The notes under the pieces are model-generated. The model was given only the letters and a program-made list of their open reading frames with translations. It searched no databases and was not told the origin of the DNA. A stretch of 32,000 nucleotides of DNA from Longivirga aurantiaca (GTDB lineage: Bacteria > Actinomycetota > Actinomycetes > S36-B12 > CAIYMF01): assembly GCF_042660085.1 (NCBI RefSeq), contig NZ_JBHSTI010000008.1, positions 360,001 to 392,000 on the forward strand, read 5' to 3'. Position 1 is the stretch's first letter, and each line of letters begins with the position of its first letter. Both the position numbers and the translations under genes were made by a program. This document shows, one piece after another, positions 9,201 through 17,618 of this stretch.

Positions 9201-9875
9201 TCAGCGGCTCGCGGCGTCGAGGAACGCGAGCACCAGCGGGTGCACGGACCCGCCGTCGAGCGAGGTCATCTGGGGCTGGAACAGCGTGCCCAGGTAGAAC
9301 GGGTGGCCCTCGAGCTCGACCGCTTCGACCCCGGCGTCCGGGGCGAAGGCCGAGAACGTGAGCCCTGCCTCCACGAGCATGTCGCGGTAGCGGAGGTTCA
9401 CGCCGTAGCTGCAGAAGTGGAAGCCGTCGAACGGCTCGAGCCCGCAGATCCCCGCCATCCGTGTGCCGGGCACCGCGGTCACCGGCCGGACCTCGCCCAC
9501 GAGGCTGCAGGCGAGCGCCGCGACCACCACCTGCTCGGCGTCGGGCTCGGTCTCCTGGTGCCCGGCCTCGTGCACGCCGATGTGGTTGCGGGCGAACTCG
9601 AGCACGAGGTGCTGGAACCCGCCGCACGTGCCCAGGGTCGCGAGCCCGTTCTCGCGCCGGTGGCGAAGGACGGCGTGGACGGCGTCCTCGTCGGCGTACG
9701 GCGTGCCCGGCACGGCCCACACGCCGTCGGCGTCGGCCAGCGCGGGGTCGTCGGTCCGCGTGGTCGGCACCCAGGCGAGGGTCGCGTCGGGCGCGAGCCT
9801 GTCGACGAGGACGTCGAGGGCACGGTGGGTCACGAAGGCCGGGTCGCGGTCGCCGAGCAGCGCGATCGAGGTCAC
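9201..9875 (-). CDS. Stand-alone class I glutamine amidotransferase-like protein (CTP synthase C-terminal domain type)
   Basis: The nucleophile motif GTCGGFQ is present. The C-terminal block VELEGHPFYLGTLFQPQ aligns with the CTP synthase block ...HPWFVACQFHPEF. The stop is 1 nt from the convergent DUF3817 stop. Confidence 0.75.
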   Translation of the reverse strand: MTSIALLGDRDPAFVTHRALDVLVDRLAPDATLAWVPTTRTDDPALADADGVWAVPGTPYADEDAVHAVLRHRRENGLATLGTCGGFQHLVLEFARNHIGVHEAGHQETEPDAEQVVVAALACSLVGEVRPVTAVPGTRMAGICGLEPFDGFHFCSYGVNLRYRDMLVEAGLTFSAFAPDAGVEAVELEGHPFYLGTLFQPQMTSLDGGSVHPLVLAFLDAASR

Positions 9876-9894
9876 GAGTCCGCCGTCGGTCGCG

Positions 9895-10365
9895 TCACGT
9901 GCCCGGGTTGACGAGCTGGCAGGCGTCGCCGAAGGCCCGCGCGCTGGAGACGACCTTGGCCTGGTCGGCGAACTCGACGGCCTCGAGCACGGCGTCGGCC
10001 TTCTGGGCGAGGCCGGAGCCGTCGTCGACGTACTCGGCCCGCGCCTGCTCGGCGATGGTCCTCCCTTCGGCCAGCTGCTCCGGAGCGACCTGCCCGATGA
10101 AGCCCGCGGCGAGCCCGAGCACCGTTCCGCACAGCTGGAACGCCGCGATCGCGGGCGGCACCGACGTGGTCGGACCGAGCGTGGGCTCCTCGCTGGCCGT
10201 CTCGGAGGGGGTGTCCGACGCGCTCGGCGATGCCGGTGCGCTCGACGTGGCCGCAGCGGACGACGACCCGGGTGCGGACGACGTGGCGACGGGGTCGGTG
10301 CCGCCGGTGCACGCGGTCACGGTGAGAAGCAGCAGGGCTGCTGCCGCGATGGCTCTCGTGCGCAC
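9895..10365 (-). CDS. Putative lipoprotein
   Basis: GTG at 10365 with GGGAGGA upstream. Signal peptide plus lipobox (LLLLTVTAC), a Ser/Ala/Pro/Thr-rich linker, then a small helical domain with 2 Cys. It is the 3' part of track ORF 9895..10803. Confidence 0.7.
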   Translation of the reverse strand: MRTRAIAAAALLLLTVTACTGGTDPVATSSAPGSSSAAATSSAPASPSASDTPSETASEEPTLGPTTSVPPAIAAFQLCGTVLGLAAGFIGQVAPEQLAEGRTIAEQARAEYVDDGSGLAQKADAVLEAVEFADQAKVVSSARAFGDACQLVNPGT

Positions 10366-10425
10366 GTCGTCCTCCCGGGGTCTCGCACCGAGGCTAGGCG
10401 ACGGCCGGCCGGTACGGTGCACCGC

Positions 10426-11358
10426 ATGGCCGCCTCGCCCTCCGTCGCGCCGGCGACGGGAGCGGTGCTCCGCTCGGGGCTGGTCTGGGCGTTCGTCGGC
10501 GTGCTGCTGTTCTCGATGTCGGTGCCGATGACGAAGGTGGCGGTCGGCGGCTTCGACCCATTCTTCACGGCCGCGGGTCGTGCCGTGATCGCCGGCGCTC
10601 TTGCCCTGGTGCTGCTGGGGATCCGGCGGGTGCCCTTCCCCGAACGACGTCACCTCAAGCCGCTGCTGTTCACCATGCTCGGAGCTGTGTTCGGCTGGCC
10701 GATCCTCATCGCCCTGGCGCTGCAGCGCACCACGTCCGCGCACGTGGCCGTCATCGCCGCCTTCATGCCGTTGACCACGGCGCTGTTCGCGGTGCTGCGG
10801 CACCGCGAGCGGGTGTCGGGCCAGTTCTGGCTCGCGGCCTGCGCCGGCACCGCGGCCCTCGTGGTCTTCGCGCTCAGTCGCGGAGGCGCGGACGGGGCCG
10901 ACCTCACCGCAGACCTGCTCGTGGTCGGAGCGGTCCTCGCGTCGTCGTGGTGCTACGTCGAGGGCGCCGCCGTCAGCCGCGAGGTGCCGGGGTGGCAGGT
11001 GATCTCGTGGGTCGTCGTGCTGGCCCTGCCCGTCACGGTGCCGTGGATGCTCGCGCTCTGGTTCACCGCGCAGACGGCGTACGACCCGACAGGCGTCGAG
11101 TGGCTCGCCCTCCTCGGGCTCGGCGTCTCGTCGATGTACCTCGGCTTCTTCGCGTGGTACCGGGGTCTCGCGCTCGCCGGCACTGCTCGCGGCGGTCAGG
11201 TGCAGCAGCTGCAGGCGCCGCTGACCCTGGTGTGGTCGGCATGGTGGCTCGGCGAGGCCGTCACGCTCGGCACCGTCCTCACGGCGCTCGTGGTGATCGC
11301 GTGCGTGGTCTGGGCCCAGCGCGCGCGACCCGCGACGGTGGTGGCACCGGAGGAGTGA
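10426..11358 (+). CDS. DMT superfamily transporter (EamA-like, two EamA repeats)
   Basis: ATG at 10426 within ORF 9463..11358. About 10 TM spans in a duplicated EamA pattern. Confidence 0.85.
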   Translation: MAASPSVAPATGAVLRSGLVWAFVGVLLFSMSVPMTKVAVGGFDPFFTAAGRAVIAGALALVLLGIRRVPFPERRHLKPLLFTMLGAVFGWPILIALALQRTTSAHVAVIAAFMPLTTALFAVLRHRERVSGQFWLAACAGTAALVVFALSRGGADGADLTADLLVVGAVLASSWCYVEGAAVSREVPGWQVISWVVVLALPVTVPWMLALWFTAQTAYDPTGVEWLALLGLGVSSMYLGFFAWYRGLALAGTARGGQVQQLQAPLTLVWSAWWLGEAVTLGTVLTALVVIACVVWAQRARPATVVAPEE

Positions 11359-11429
11359 GCGCGGCGCGGGTCTGCAGGTCGCGCCGCATCCCGAGAGCCG
11401 TCGACGGCCGCGGCCGTGCCTCGGGATCG

Positions 11430-14078
11430 TCAGGTGGCCACGCCGGCGTCGGCGAGGGCCTTGGCGACGCCGCCGCGTGAGCGCACGCCGAGCTTGCGGT
11501 AGATACGGGTCAGGTGGGTCTCCACGGTCTTCACCGAGAGGAAGACCGTCGAGGCGATCTCGTTGTTGCTCAGGCCCTCCGCCACAGCAAGGGCGATGCG
11601 CAGCTCCTGAGGCGTCAGGCCGACCGTTGCGATCCTGGCGGGCGACGAGAGGCTCCCGCCTGCGGCTGCGAGCTCGCGCTCGGCGCGCTCAGCCCAGGGC
11701 GCAGCGTCGCTCCGGCGGAAGAGCTGCGTCGCCTCGGTCAGGGGTGCACGGGCGTCGGCGGGCCTTCGCGATCGTCGCAGCCACTCGCCCTGGAGGAGGA
11801 GTATCCGTGCGAGCTCCCAGGCGTTCGTGCCGAGGCGCCCGAGCCGCACAGCCTCGTCGAACCGCCGCTCGGTGTCGTCGGTCTGGGCGAGGGCGTGCCC
11901 GAGCTCGACCAGTGCCGCCGCCCGTCGCGACCCCAGGCCGCGGGACCGATGCTCGAGCTCGACGGCGATGCGTTGGGCTTCCCCGGTGCGTCCGAGCCCG
12001 CTGAGCACCTCCACCTTGAGCGCGAGCGACGCGAAGGCCACCCCCCGTGGCCGGGTCGACTGCAGGGCCTCGACGTCCGCCAGCTCGGCCAAGGCCTCCG
12101 CGTTGCGCCCCGATCGCAGGTGCAGGAGCGCGCGGCAGTAGCGGGCCTGGCGGGCCGTGTATCGGAAGTCGTCGATGTCGCATGCAGCCGCGAGCGCCTC
12201 GATCGCGATCTCCGCCTCGATGTCGTCACCTCGGCGCGACTCCACGATCGCGAGCAGCTCGTACACATCCGTGACGAGCCAACCCAGCGAAGGTGCGAGC
12301 GACAGCAGGTTGCGGAGGATGCCGGCCGCCTTGGCGTGCTGGGCGCGGTCCAGGGCTTCCTCTGCGTCGAAGCGATCGGCCAGAGCAGCCCAGCGAGGCT
12401 CTCGGGACCGACGGAAGAGCGAGCATGCGGTGCGTTTGCGGCTTGCCAGCGTTTCGCCGTCCCACGAGGCCTCGTCGAGCCACGCGGGCGCCATCAACCA
12501 GAGGGACAGGTACGGCAACGGCAGCTGCTCGGGGTCGACCTGCTCGCTGGCGACCAGCCCCTGACGCAGCAACGGGAGAGCGCGCTCATTCTGTCCGAGG
12601 AACTGCCACATCCCTCCCGGCATCAGCGAGTCGAGGCCGAGCGACCCTTCAGGGCCCCAGCTCTCGAGCATCTCGGCGGCACGCTGCACGCCGTCGTAGT
12701 CGAGCCGCTGCATGAGGATGTCCCCGTAGACCTCGACGAGCTCTCGTCCCGCCGGTCCGTTGCTGATCCACGTCAGCGACTCCCGGAACAGCCCGGTCTG
12801 CTCCTGGCCCGTCAGGTGCTCCTCGCCCAGCACGATCGCGGCACGTGCTCGTAGCTCCGGGTCGGAGCAGCGCTCGACGACCTCGCGGGCCGCTCGGGCG
12901 GACGAGGCCCGGAACCGGTCGAGCTCGAGGGACAGCACCAGCCGTCGCCAGCGCGCGTCAGGGAGGGGGGACAGGGCTGCCGCCTGCGCGGCGAGGGCCC
13001 CTGCCGCCGCTGTGCCGCGCCTCGCCGCGACGTCGGGGACCATGGCCTCCAGCCCCGCGGCCAGGTCCTCGTCCGGGCCGACTGCTGCGAGGGCGGAATG
13101 CCGCAGCATCAGCTCGGCGTCGTCCAGCTCGCGATGGACCTCGGCCAGCAGCCTGTGCGCGGCACGGCGCTCGGCCTCCGTCGCGGACCAGTGCACCGCA
13201 GCGCGGACAAGAGGGTGGCGGAAGCGGAGCTCGGCGCCCGGGAGCAGCAGCCCAGCATCGACGGCGGGCTCGAGGTCGCGCGGCGAGAGCTCGGCGCGCA
13301 GGAGCGCCCGCGCCAGCACCGTGGTGTCGCCGGAGTCCTCGGAGGAGGCGATCACGAGGGCTCGTCGTGCGGGTGCCGGGAGCGCGTCGACCCCTCGTGC
13401 GTAGTGCGCCGATACCGACCGTCCGACCGGCAGCGTGGGGGGCAGCGGCGCCGCTCCGCTCATCACCTCGGGTGCGAGGAGCGCGGGGGCCTCGACGAGG
13501 GCGAGGGGCACGTCCCCGAGCGAGGCGGCCAGCTCGTACGCGACCTCGGGCGGGGTCGAGGGCGAGACCGTGAGCAAGAGCGCCGCAGCCTCCGCCCGCG
13601 GCAGCGCCTCGACTGCGAGGTGCTCGATCTCGGGCAGGCGCGGCGGGTCATCGATCTCGGGCCGGGCCGCGAGCAGCAGCGCGACCGCGTCGTCGAGGAG
13701 CCGCCGCGCCGCGAAGCGCAGAGCTGCGAGGGATGCCTCGTCGAGCCACTGCACGTCGTCGACGACGAGCGCCAGCGGCTGCAGGGCCGCTGCCTCGCTC
13801 ACCGAGCTGAGCAGCGTCCATGGATCTGCGAGGTTGCCTTCCCCGAGCAGCGGGCGCAGCAGCGACAGGCCAGACCCGGAGATTCCTGACTCGGACTCGA
13901 CCGCGGTGATCCTGAACGTCGTCATGCCGGCTGCGCGGGCCGTCGCCTCGCCGTGGTCGAGCAGGGTCGTCTTGCCGATCCCGGGGAGCCCGACCAGGAG
14001 CAGCGCACCCGCGCGTCCGGAGCGCGCGGTCGCCAGCAGGTCGTCCACGGCCTGCTTCTCGTGCTCCCGTCCCATCAT
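11430..14078 (-). CDS. Large ATP-binding LuxR-family regulator (LAL/MalT-like STAND NTPase, helical-repeat region, C-terminal LuxR HTH)
   Basis: Walker A GLPGIGKTT, Walker B LALVVDDVQWLD, a long helical/TPR-like middle region, and a C-terminal LTPQELRIALAVAEGLSNNEIASTVFLSVKTVETHLTRIYRKLGV. The start is taken as the first ATG of MMGREHEK, using the ORF-track frame. My reading of printed bases 14041-14100 disagreed with the track by 1 nt, so treat the start as +/-1 codon. Confidence 0.88.
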   Translation of the reverse strand: MMGREHEKQAVDDLLATARSGRAGALLLVGLPGIGKTTLLDHGEATARAAGMTTFRITAVESESGISGSGLSLLRPLLGEGNLADPWTLLSSVSEAAALQPLALVVDDVQWLDEASLAALRFAARRLLDDAVALLLAARPEIDDPPRLPEIEHLAVEALPRAEAAALLLTVSPSTPPEVAYELAASLGDVPLALVEAPALLAPEVMSGAAPLPPTLPVGRSVSAHYARGVDALPAPARRALVIASSEDSGDTTVLARALLRAELSPRDLEPAVDAGLLLPGAELRFRHPLVRAAVHWSATEAERRAAHRLLAEVHRELDDAELMLRHSALAAVGPDEDLAAGLEAMVPDVAARRGTAAAGALAAQAAALSPLPDARWRRLVLSLELDRFRASSARAAREVVERCSDPELRARAAIVLGEEHLTGQEQTGLFRESLTWISNGPAGRELVEVYGDILMQRLDYDGVQRAAEMLESWGPEGSLGLDSLMPGGMWQFLGQNERALPLLRQGLVASEQVDPEQLPLPYLSLWLMAPAWLDEASWDGETLASRKRTACSLFRRSREPRWAALADRFDAEEALDRAQHAKAAGILRNLLSLAPSLGWLVTDVYELLAIVESRRGDDIEAEIAIEALAAACDIDDFRYTARQARYCRALLHLRSGRNAEALAELADVEALQSTRPRGVAFASLALKVEVLSGLGRTGEAQRIAVELEHRSRGLGSRRAAALVELGHALAQTDDTERRFDEAVRLGRLGTNAWELARILLLQGEWLRRSRRPADARAPLTEATQLFRRSDAAPWAERAERELAAAGGSLSSPARIATVGLTPQELRIALAVAEGLSNNEIASTVFLSVKTVETHLTRIYRKLGVRSRGGVAKALADAGVAT

Positions 14079-14132
14079 CACCAGCACACCGTCGCACCGC
14101 CGGGGCGTGAGCGGGAGACGTCTGGCGAAGGT

Positions 14133-14156
14133 AGGGGGATTTCCCTGATACCCCCT
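14133..14156. promoter_or_regulatory. Near-palindromic G5/C5 element (AGGGGGAT-ttccctg-ATACCCCCT) in the divergent LAL / repeat-protein intergenic region
   Basis: Read directly. Imperfect inverted repeat about 70 nt upstream of the ATG at 14223. Candidate operator. Confidence 0.3.
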
Positions 14157-14222
14157 CCTCGCCGCCGTCCCTAGCGTTCGAGATGTCGGGAAACGGCCCG
14201 GCACCCGAACCTGGAGGACCCG

Positions 14223-14747
14223 ATGACCACGCAGACGATCTCCGCGATCAGCACCCCGTCCCGTCGCGCCCTCGCGCTCGGCGCCGCCGTATCCCTCACC
14301 GTCGCGGCCCTCCTCATCGGGGCGATCGCCGGCGCAGGTGCCGCGGCCTGGTGGCAGTCCCGCACCGCCGCCGCCGCCACGACGACCACCGCCCTCGTGG
14401 TGCCCCGCACCGCGCTGGACCCCGCGACCCACCACTACGGCGCCCGCGCCGCGCAGTTCGAGGCAGCCCCCGCTCTCGCCACCGCCGCCGCCGCCCCGGT
14501 CGCCGTCGCCCGCCCGGCGCTGGACCCCGCGACCCACCACTACGGCGCCCGGGCGACGCAGCTCGAGGCCGTGCCGGCACTCGCCGCGACGGGCACCGTG
14601 CTGCGCACCCCGGTCGACCCCGAGAGCCGCTTCTACGGCCGCACCCGCCTCGCCCGCACGTCGTCTCCCGACGTGGTGGCGCCGGTCGCTGCCGCTCAGG
14701 TGAGCACCCCCGAGACGCACCTCTACGGGGCGCGCTCGGGGTCCTGA
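14223..14747 (+). CDS. Membrane-anchored hypothetical protein with four P-x-T-H-x-Y-G-A-R-type repeats
   Basis: GGAGGA lies 5 nt upstream of the ATG, and GC3 is high. It has an N-terminal TM helix (aa 16-43) and an Ala/Thr-rich ectodomain. Motifs: ALDPATHHYGAR (aa 64-75 and 99-110), VDPESRFYGR (aa 131-140) and TPETHLYGAR (aa 162-171). The antisense extension of the LAL ORF across this region is Arg/Gly junk. Confidence 0.65.
   Translation: MTTQTISAISTPSRRALALGAAVSLTVAALLIGAIAGAGAAAWWQSRTAAAATTTTALVVPRTALDPATHHYGARAAQFEAAPALATAAAAPVAVARPALDPATHHYGARATQLEAVPALAATGTVLRTPVDPESRFYGRTRLARTSSPDVVAPVAAAQVSTPETHLYGARSGS
14412..14551 (+). repeat. Direct repeat: exact 35-nt copies (14412-14446 and 14517-14551) at a 105-nt period inside the CDS
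   Basis: GCGCTGGACCCCGCGACCCACCACTACGGCGCCCG occurs twice. The flanking parts of each 105-nt unit have diverged. Confidence 0.85.
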
Positions 14748-14764
14748 GCGACTCGACCATCTGC

Positions 14765-14795
14765 GGGAGCCGGCGCCGACGGGGCGCCGGCTCCC
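14765..14795 (+). terminator. Intrinsic terminator hairpin after the repeat-protein gene
   Basis: Perfect 13-bp stem GGGAGCCGGCGCC-gacgg-GGCGCCGGCTCCC, 18 nt after the stop. Confidence 0.7.
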
Positions 14796-14874
14796 GCTCG
14801 TGCGTGCGCGGGCGGCCCGCTGGTGCGGATACGTTGTCTGTCGAAGAGGGGACCCCGTCACGGTCGGAGGACGC

Positions 14875-15645
14875 GTGGGCTCGTCATACGTCCCGCCGCA
14901 GCATGGCGCGTGGGCATTCCTGGCGCTGCCCGTCATGCTGGGGGTGCTCGTCACGCCGTGGACGCCGCTCATCCTGCTGCTCGCCCTCGCCTGGGTCGCG
15001 GTCTACCCGCTGTCGTACGCCGCTTTCGGGCTGGCCCGTGCGCGACGCGCGACCCGCTTCCGCCGGCCGCTCGCGGTCTGGGCGGTCGTCACGCTCGTGC
15101 CGGCGATCGCGCTGGTCGTCGCTCTCCCGTGGCTCGCGTGGGTCGGCGCGGCGTACGCCGTGTTCTTCCTCGTCAACCTCCAGTACGCACGACGGAACGA
15201 CGAGCGCGCGCTGACCAACGACCTGGTGTTCGTGTTCGAGTGCGCCGCGATGGTGCTGGTGACCTGGGCGGTCGGCGTCGGAGAGCAATCGCTCGTGCCG
15301 CCGCCCGTGGTCGACGTTCCGATCGAGGTGTGGGTTCTCGTCGCGGTGACGGCGCTCTCGCTCACGGGGTCGACGCTGCACGTGAAGTCGCTCATCCGGG
15401 AGCGGCGCGACCCGCGGTTCAGTCGCGCCTCGCAGACGTTCGCCGTGCTCTCCGTCGTCGCGGCGGGCGCACTGGCCGTGGCGTGGGGCCTCCCGTCCGG
15501 CTGGTGGCTCGTGGTGCCCTTCGTGCTGCTCGCGATCCGTGCGTTCCTCGTCGGCCGTCGGCCCCGCAAGCCGATGGTCATCGGCCTCGTGGAGCTCGCG
15601 GGCCTCGTCGCCGTCTGGATCGGCGCGCTGCTCGCGAGCATCTGA
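14875..15645 (+). CDS. YwiC-like family membrane protein
   Basis: GTG at 14875 with GGAGGA 4 nt upstream. The N-terminal motif YVPPQHGAWAFLALPVMLG is characteristic of YwiC-like proteins. About 8 TM spans. Confidence 0.7.
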   Translation: MGSSYVPPQHGAWAFLALPVMLGVLVTPWTPLILLLALAWVAVYPLSYAAFGLARARRATRFRRPLAVWAVVTLVPAIALVVALPWLAWVGAAYAVFFLVNLQYARRNDERALTNDLVFVFECAAMVLVTWAVGVGEQSLVPPPVVDVPIEVWVLVAVTALSLTGSTLHVKSLIRERRDPRFSRASQTFAVLSVVAAGALAVAWGLPSGWWLVVPFVLLAIRAFLVGRRPRKPMVIGLVELAGLVAVWIGALLASI

Positions 15646-15703
15646 CGCGCCAGCGGTCCGAACCCGCACGACCGGCAGCAGGTCGCGCTGCCAGACTGCC
15701 GCC

Positions 15704-16345
15704 GTGGACATCCTCTCCGTGCTGCCGGCGTTCCTCGTGGTGGTGCTCGTGATGGCGGCCAGCCCCGGCCCCGCGATGGCGCTGATCCTGCAGCGCGCGG
15801 GCCTCCACGGCTTCCGCGCCGCGGTGCCCACAGTGCTCGGGGTCGAGCTCGGGCTGTTCCTGTGGGCTCTCGCGGCCGGGCTCGGGCTCGCCGCCCTGAT
15901 CGCCGCCAGCGAGACGGCGTTCCTGGTGCTCAAGGTGGTCGGCGCGGTGTTCCTCGTGTACCTCGGCGTGAAGGCGATCCGGTCGGGCTGGGCCCTCCGC
16001 GACCGCAGCGGCGTCGAGCCGATGCCCGCACCTCCGAAGCCGCACTCCGACCGTGGCGCGTTCGCCGAGGGCCTGATCGTGCAGCTGGCCAACCCCAAGG
16101 CGGCGGCGTTCACCTTCGCGTTCTACCCGCAGTTCATCCCGCACGAAGGCCCGGTGCTGGCGACGACGCTCGTCCTCGCCACGATCCAGGTGGTGATCGA
16201 GACGGCTCTCTACCTCGGTCTCGCCGCCGCCGTCGGGAGCGCGTCGGTGTGGTTCAGCCGCACGAGGATCCGACGCCGCATCGACTACATCAGCGGATCG
16301 GTGCTGATCCTGCTCGGCCTGCGCGTCGCCACCGCGTCGCGCTGA
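15704..16345 (+). CDS. LysE/RhtB family amino-acid exporter
   Basis: GTG at 15704 within ORF 15539..16345. Motifs ASPGPAMALILQ and QLANPKAAAFTFAFYPQF; six TM spans. Confidence 0.85.
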   Translation: MDILSVLPAFLVVVLVMAASPGPAMALILQRAGLHGFRAAVPTVLGVELGLFLWALAAGLGLAALIAASETAFLVLKVVGAVFLVYLGVKAIRSGWALRDRSGVEPMPAPPKPHSDRGAFAEGLIVQLANPKAAAFTFAFYPQFIPHEGPVLATTLVLATIQVVIETALYLGLAAAVGSASVWFSRTRIRRRIDYISGSVLILLGLRVATASR

Positions 16346-16367
16346 CCCCATCCGAAGGGCGCTGGCA

Positions 16368-16868
16368 ATGGCCACAACCGAGGACGTGCTGCTCGCGGAC
16401 GAGCGAGCGACGCTCCAGGCGTTCGTCGACGACCAGCGGCGCGAGATCGCGTCGCTGCTCGACGGTGTCTCCGAGGAGGAGGCGCGTCGCAGCCTCGTGC
16501 CGTCGCTCACCACCCTCGCGTCGATCGTGAAGCACTGCGCCTTCGTCGAGAGGGTGTGGTTCCAGGTGGGGCTCGCCGGTCGCACCCGCGCCGGGCTCGG
16601 GCTCCCCGACGACGTCGACGACAGCTTCGTGCTCGACGACGCCGACACCGTCGAGTCGCTGCTGGCGGACTACGCCGAGGCATGTGCGGAGTCGGACCGC
16701 ATCGCCTCGGGCCACAGCCTCGACGACCTCGTGCTGCACAACCGCCGCAGCCCGCTCACGCTCCGCTGGGTCTACGCGCACATGATCCGCGAGCTCGCCC
16801 GGCATGCCGGTCACGGCGACATCCTGCGCGAGCAGATCGAGGCTGCCCGCGGTCGGCAGGACCCGTGA
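16368..16868 (+). CDS. DinB-family protein (DUF664 / mycothiol-dependent transferase-like)
   Basis: Four-helix-bundle DinB pattern with metal-ligand histidines (IVKHCAFVE ... YAHMIRELARHAGHGDILRE). Confidence 0.8.
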   Translation: MATTEDVLLADERATLQAFVDDQRREIASLLDGVSEEEARRSLVPSLTTLASIVKHCAFVERVWFQVGLAGRTRAGLGLPDDVDDSFVLDDADTVESLLADYAEACAESDRIASGHSLDDLVLHNRRSPLTLRWVYAHMIRELARHAGHGDILREQIEAARGRQDP

Positions 16869-17587
16869 CCGAGCAGAGCGCCGGACCGCTGCCTGCAGTT
16901 CTCGCCGGGGCAGCCATCGACGACGAGGTGCACGCGCTGGTGCCCGGCTACCGCGCCCTGCTGATCGCGGCCACCGGCGTGCGGGGCGGTCCCAGCGACG
17001 AGCGCAGCGACGCCGCGCTGCGCAGCGCCGAGGGCTCGGCGCGGGCCCGTCTCGACGGGGGAGCGCCCGAGTCGCTTCCCGAGATCGCGGCGTGGCGCGA
17101 CGCATTCCTCGCGTTCGGCGTGAAGCCCCGGCAGGCGCGCAGCAGCGTCGAGGCCCTCGTACGCCGGGTCGACGCCGGGCTCCCGCGCATCGACCGGCTC
17201 ACCGATCTCTACAACGCCGTCTCGGTGGAGCACCTCATCCCGATCGGTGGCGAGAACCTCGCCCGCTACGCCGGGCCGCCGCGACTCGTGCGCGCGGTCG
17301 GTGACGAGCCGTTCGACACCGTCGCCGACGGCGAGCTCGTCACGGTGAGCGCGGACCCGGGCGAGGTCCTGTGGCGCGACGACCTCGGCGCCACGTGCCG
17401 GCGCTGGAACTGGCGGCAGTGCGTCCGCACCCGCCTGGACCCGACGACGACCGACGTCCTGTTCATCCTCGACGGGCTCGACCCGCTCGACGCCGGCCGG
17501 CTGCACGCGGCGGGCGAGGCGCTCGTCGAGCACCTGCGCGCCGACGCCCCCGCCGTGGAGGTGTCATGGCGCCTCCTCGACTCGTGA
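16865..17587 (+). CDS. Stand-alone B3/B4 domain protein (related to the PheRS beta-subunit editing domain)
   Basis: GTG at 16865 overlaps the DinB stop (GTGA). PEIAAWRDAFLAFGVKPRQARSSVEALVRR ... DLYNAVSVEHLIPIGGENL is typical of free-standing B3_4 proteins. Confidence 0.72.
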   Translation: MTEQSAGPLPAVLAGAAIDDEVHALVPGYRALLIAATGVRGGPSDERSDAALRSAEGSARARLDGGAPESLPEIAAWRDAFLAFGVKPRQARSSVEALVRRVDAGLPRIDRLTDLYNAVSVEHLIPIGGENLARYAGPPRLVRAVGDEPFDTVADGELVTVSADPGEVLWRDDLGATCRRWNWRQCVRTRLDPTTTDVLFILDGLDPLDAGRLHAAGEALVEHLRADAPAVEVSWRLLDS

Positions 17588-17618
17588 GCACCGAGCAGAC
17601 CGAGTGCCGGAGGCCCTC

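Noticed and set aside
14040-14101. An apparent 1-nt disagreement between my reading of the printed line 14041-14100 and three ORF-track frames (13953..14174+, 13435..14148+, 13648..14097-)
   Set aside because: This is most likely my own character-level misreading and not a real indel or frameshift. Coordinates for the LAL start were therefore taken from the ORF-track frame.
14079-14972. N-terminal 298-codon extension of the LAL regulator ORF (track ORF 11430..14972)
   Set aside because: The extension is Arg/Gly junk, while the recognisable protein begins at MMGREHEK just before the Walker A. The opposite strand here carries a better-supported gene (SD, TM helix, high GC3, own terminator).
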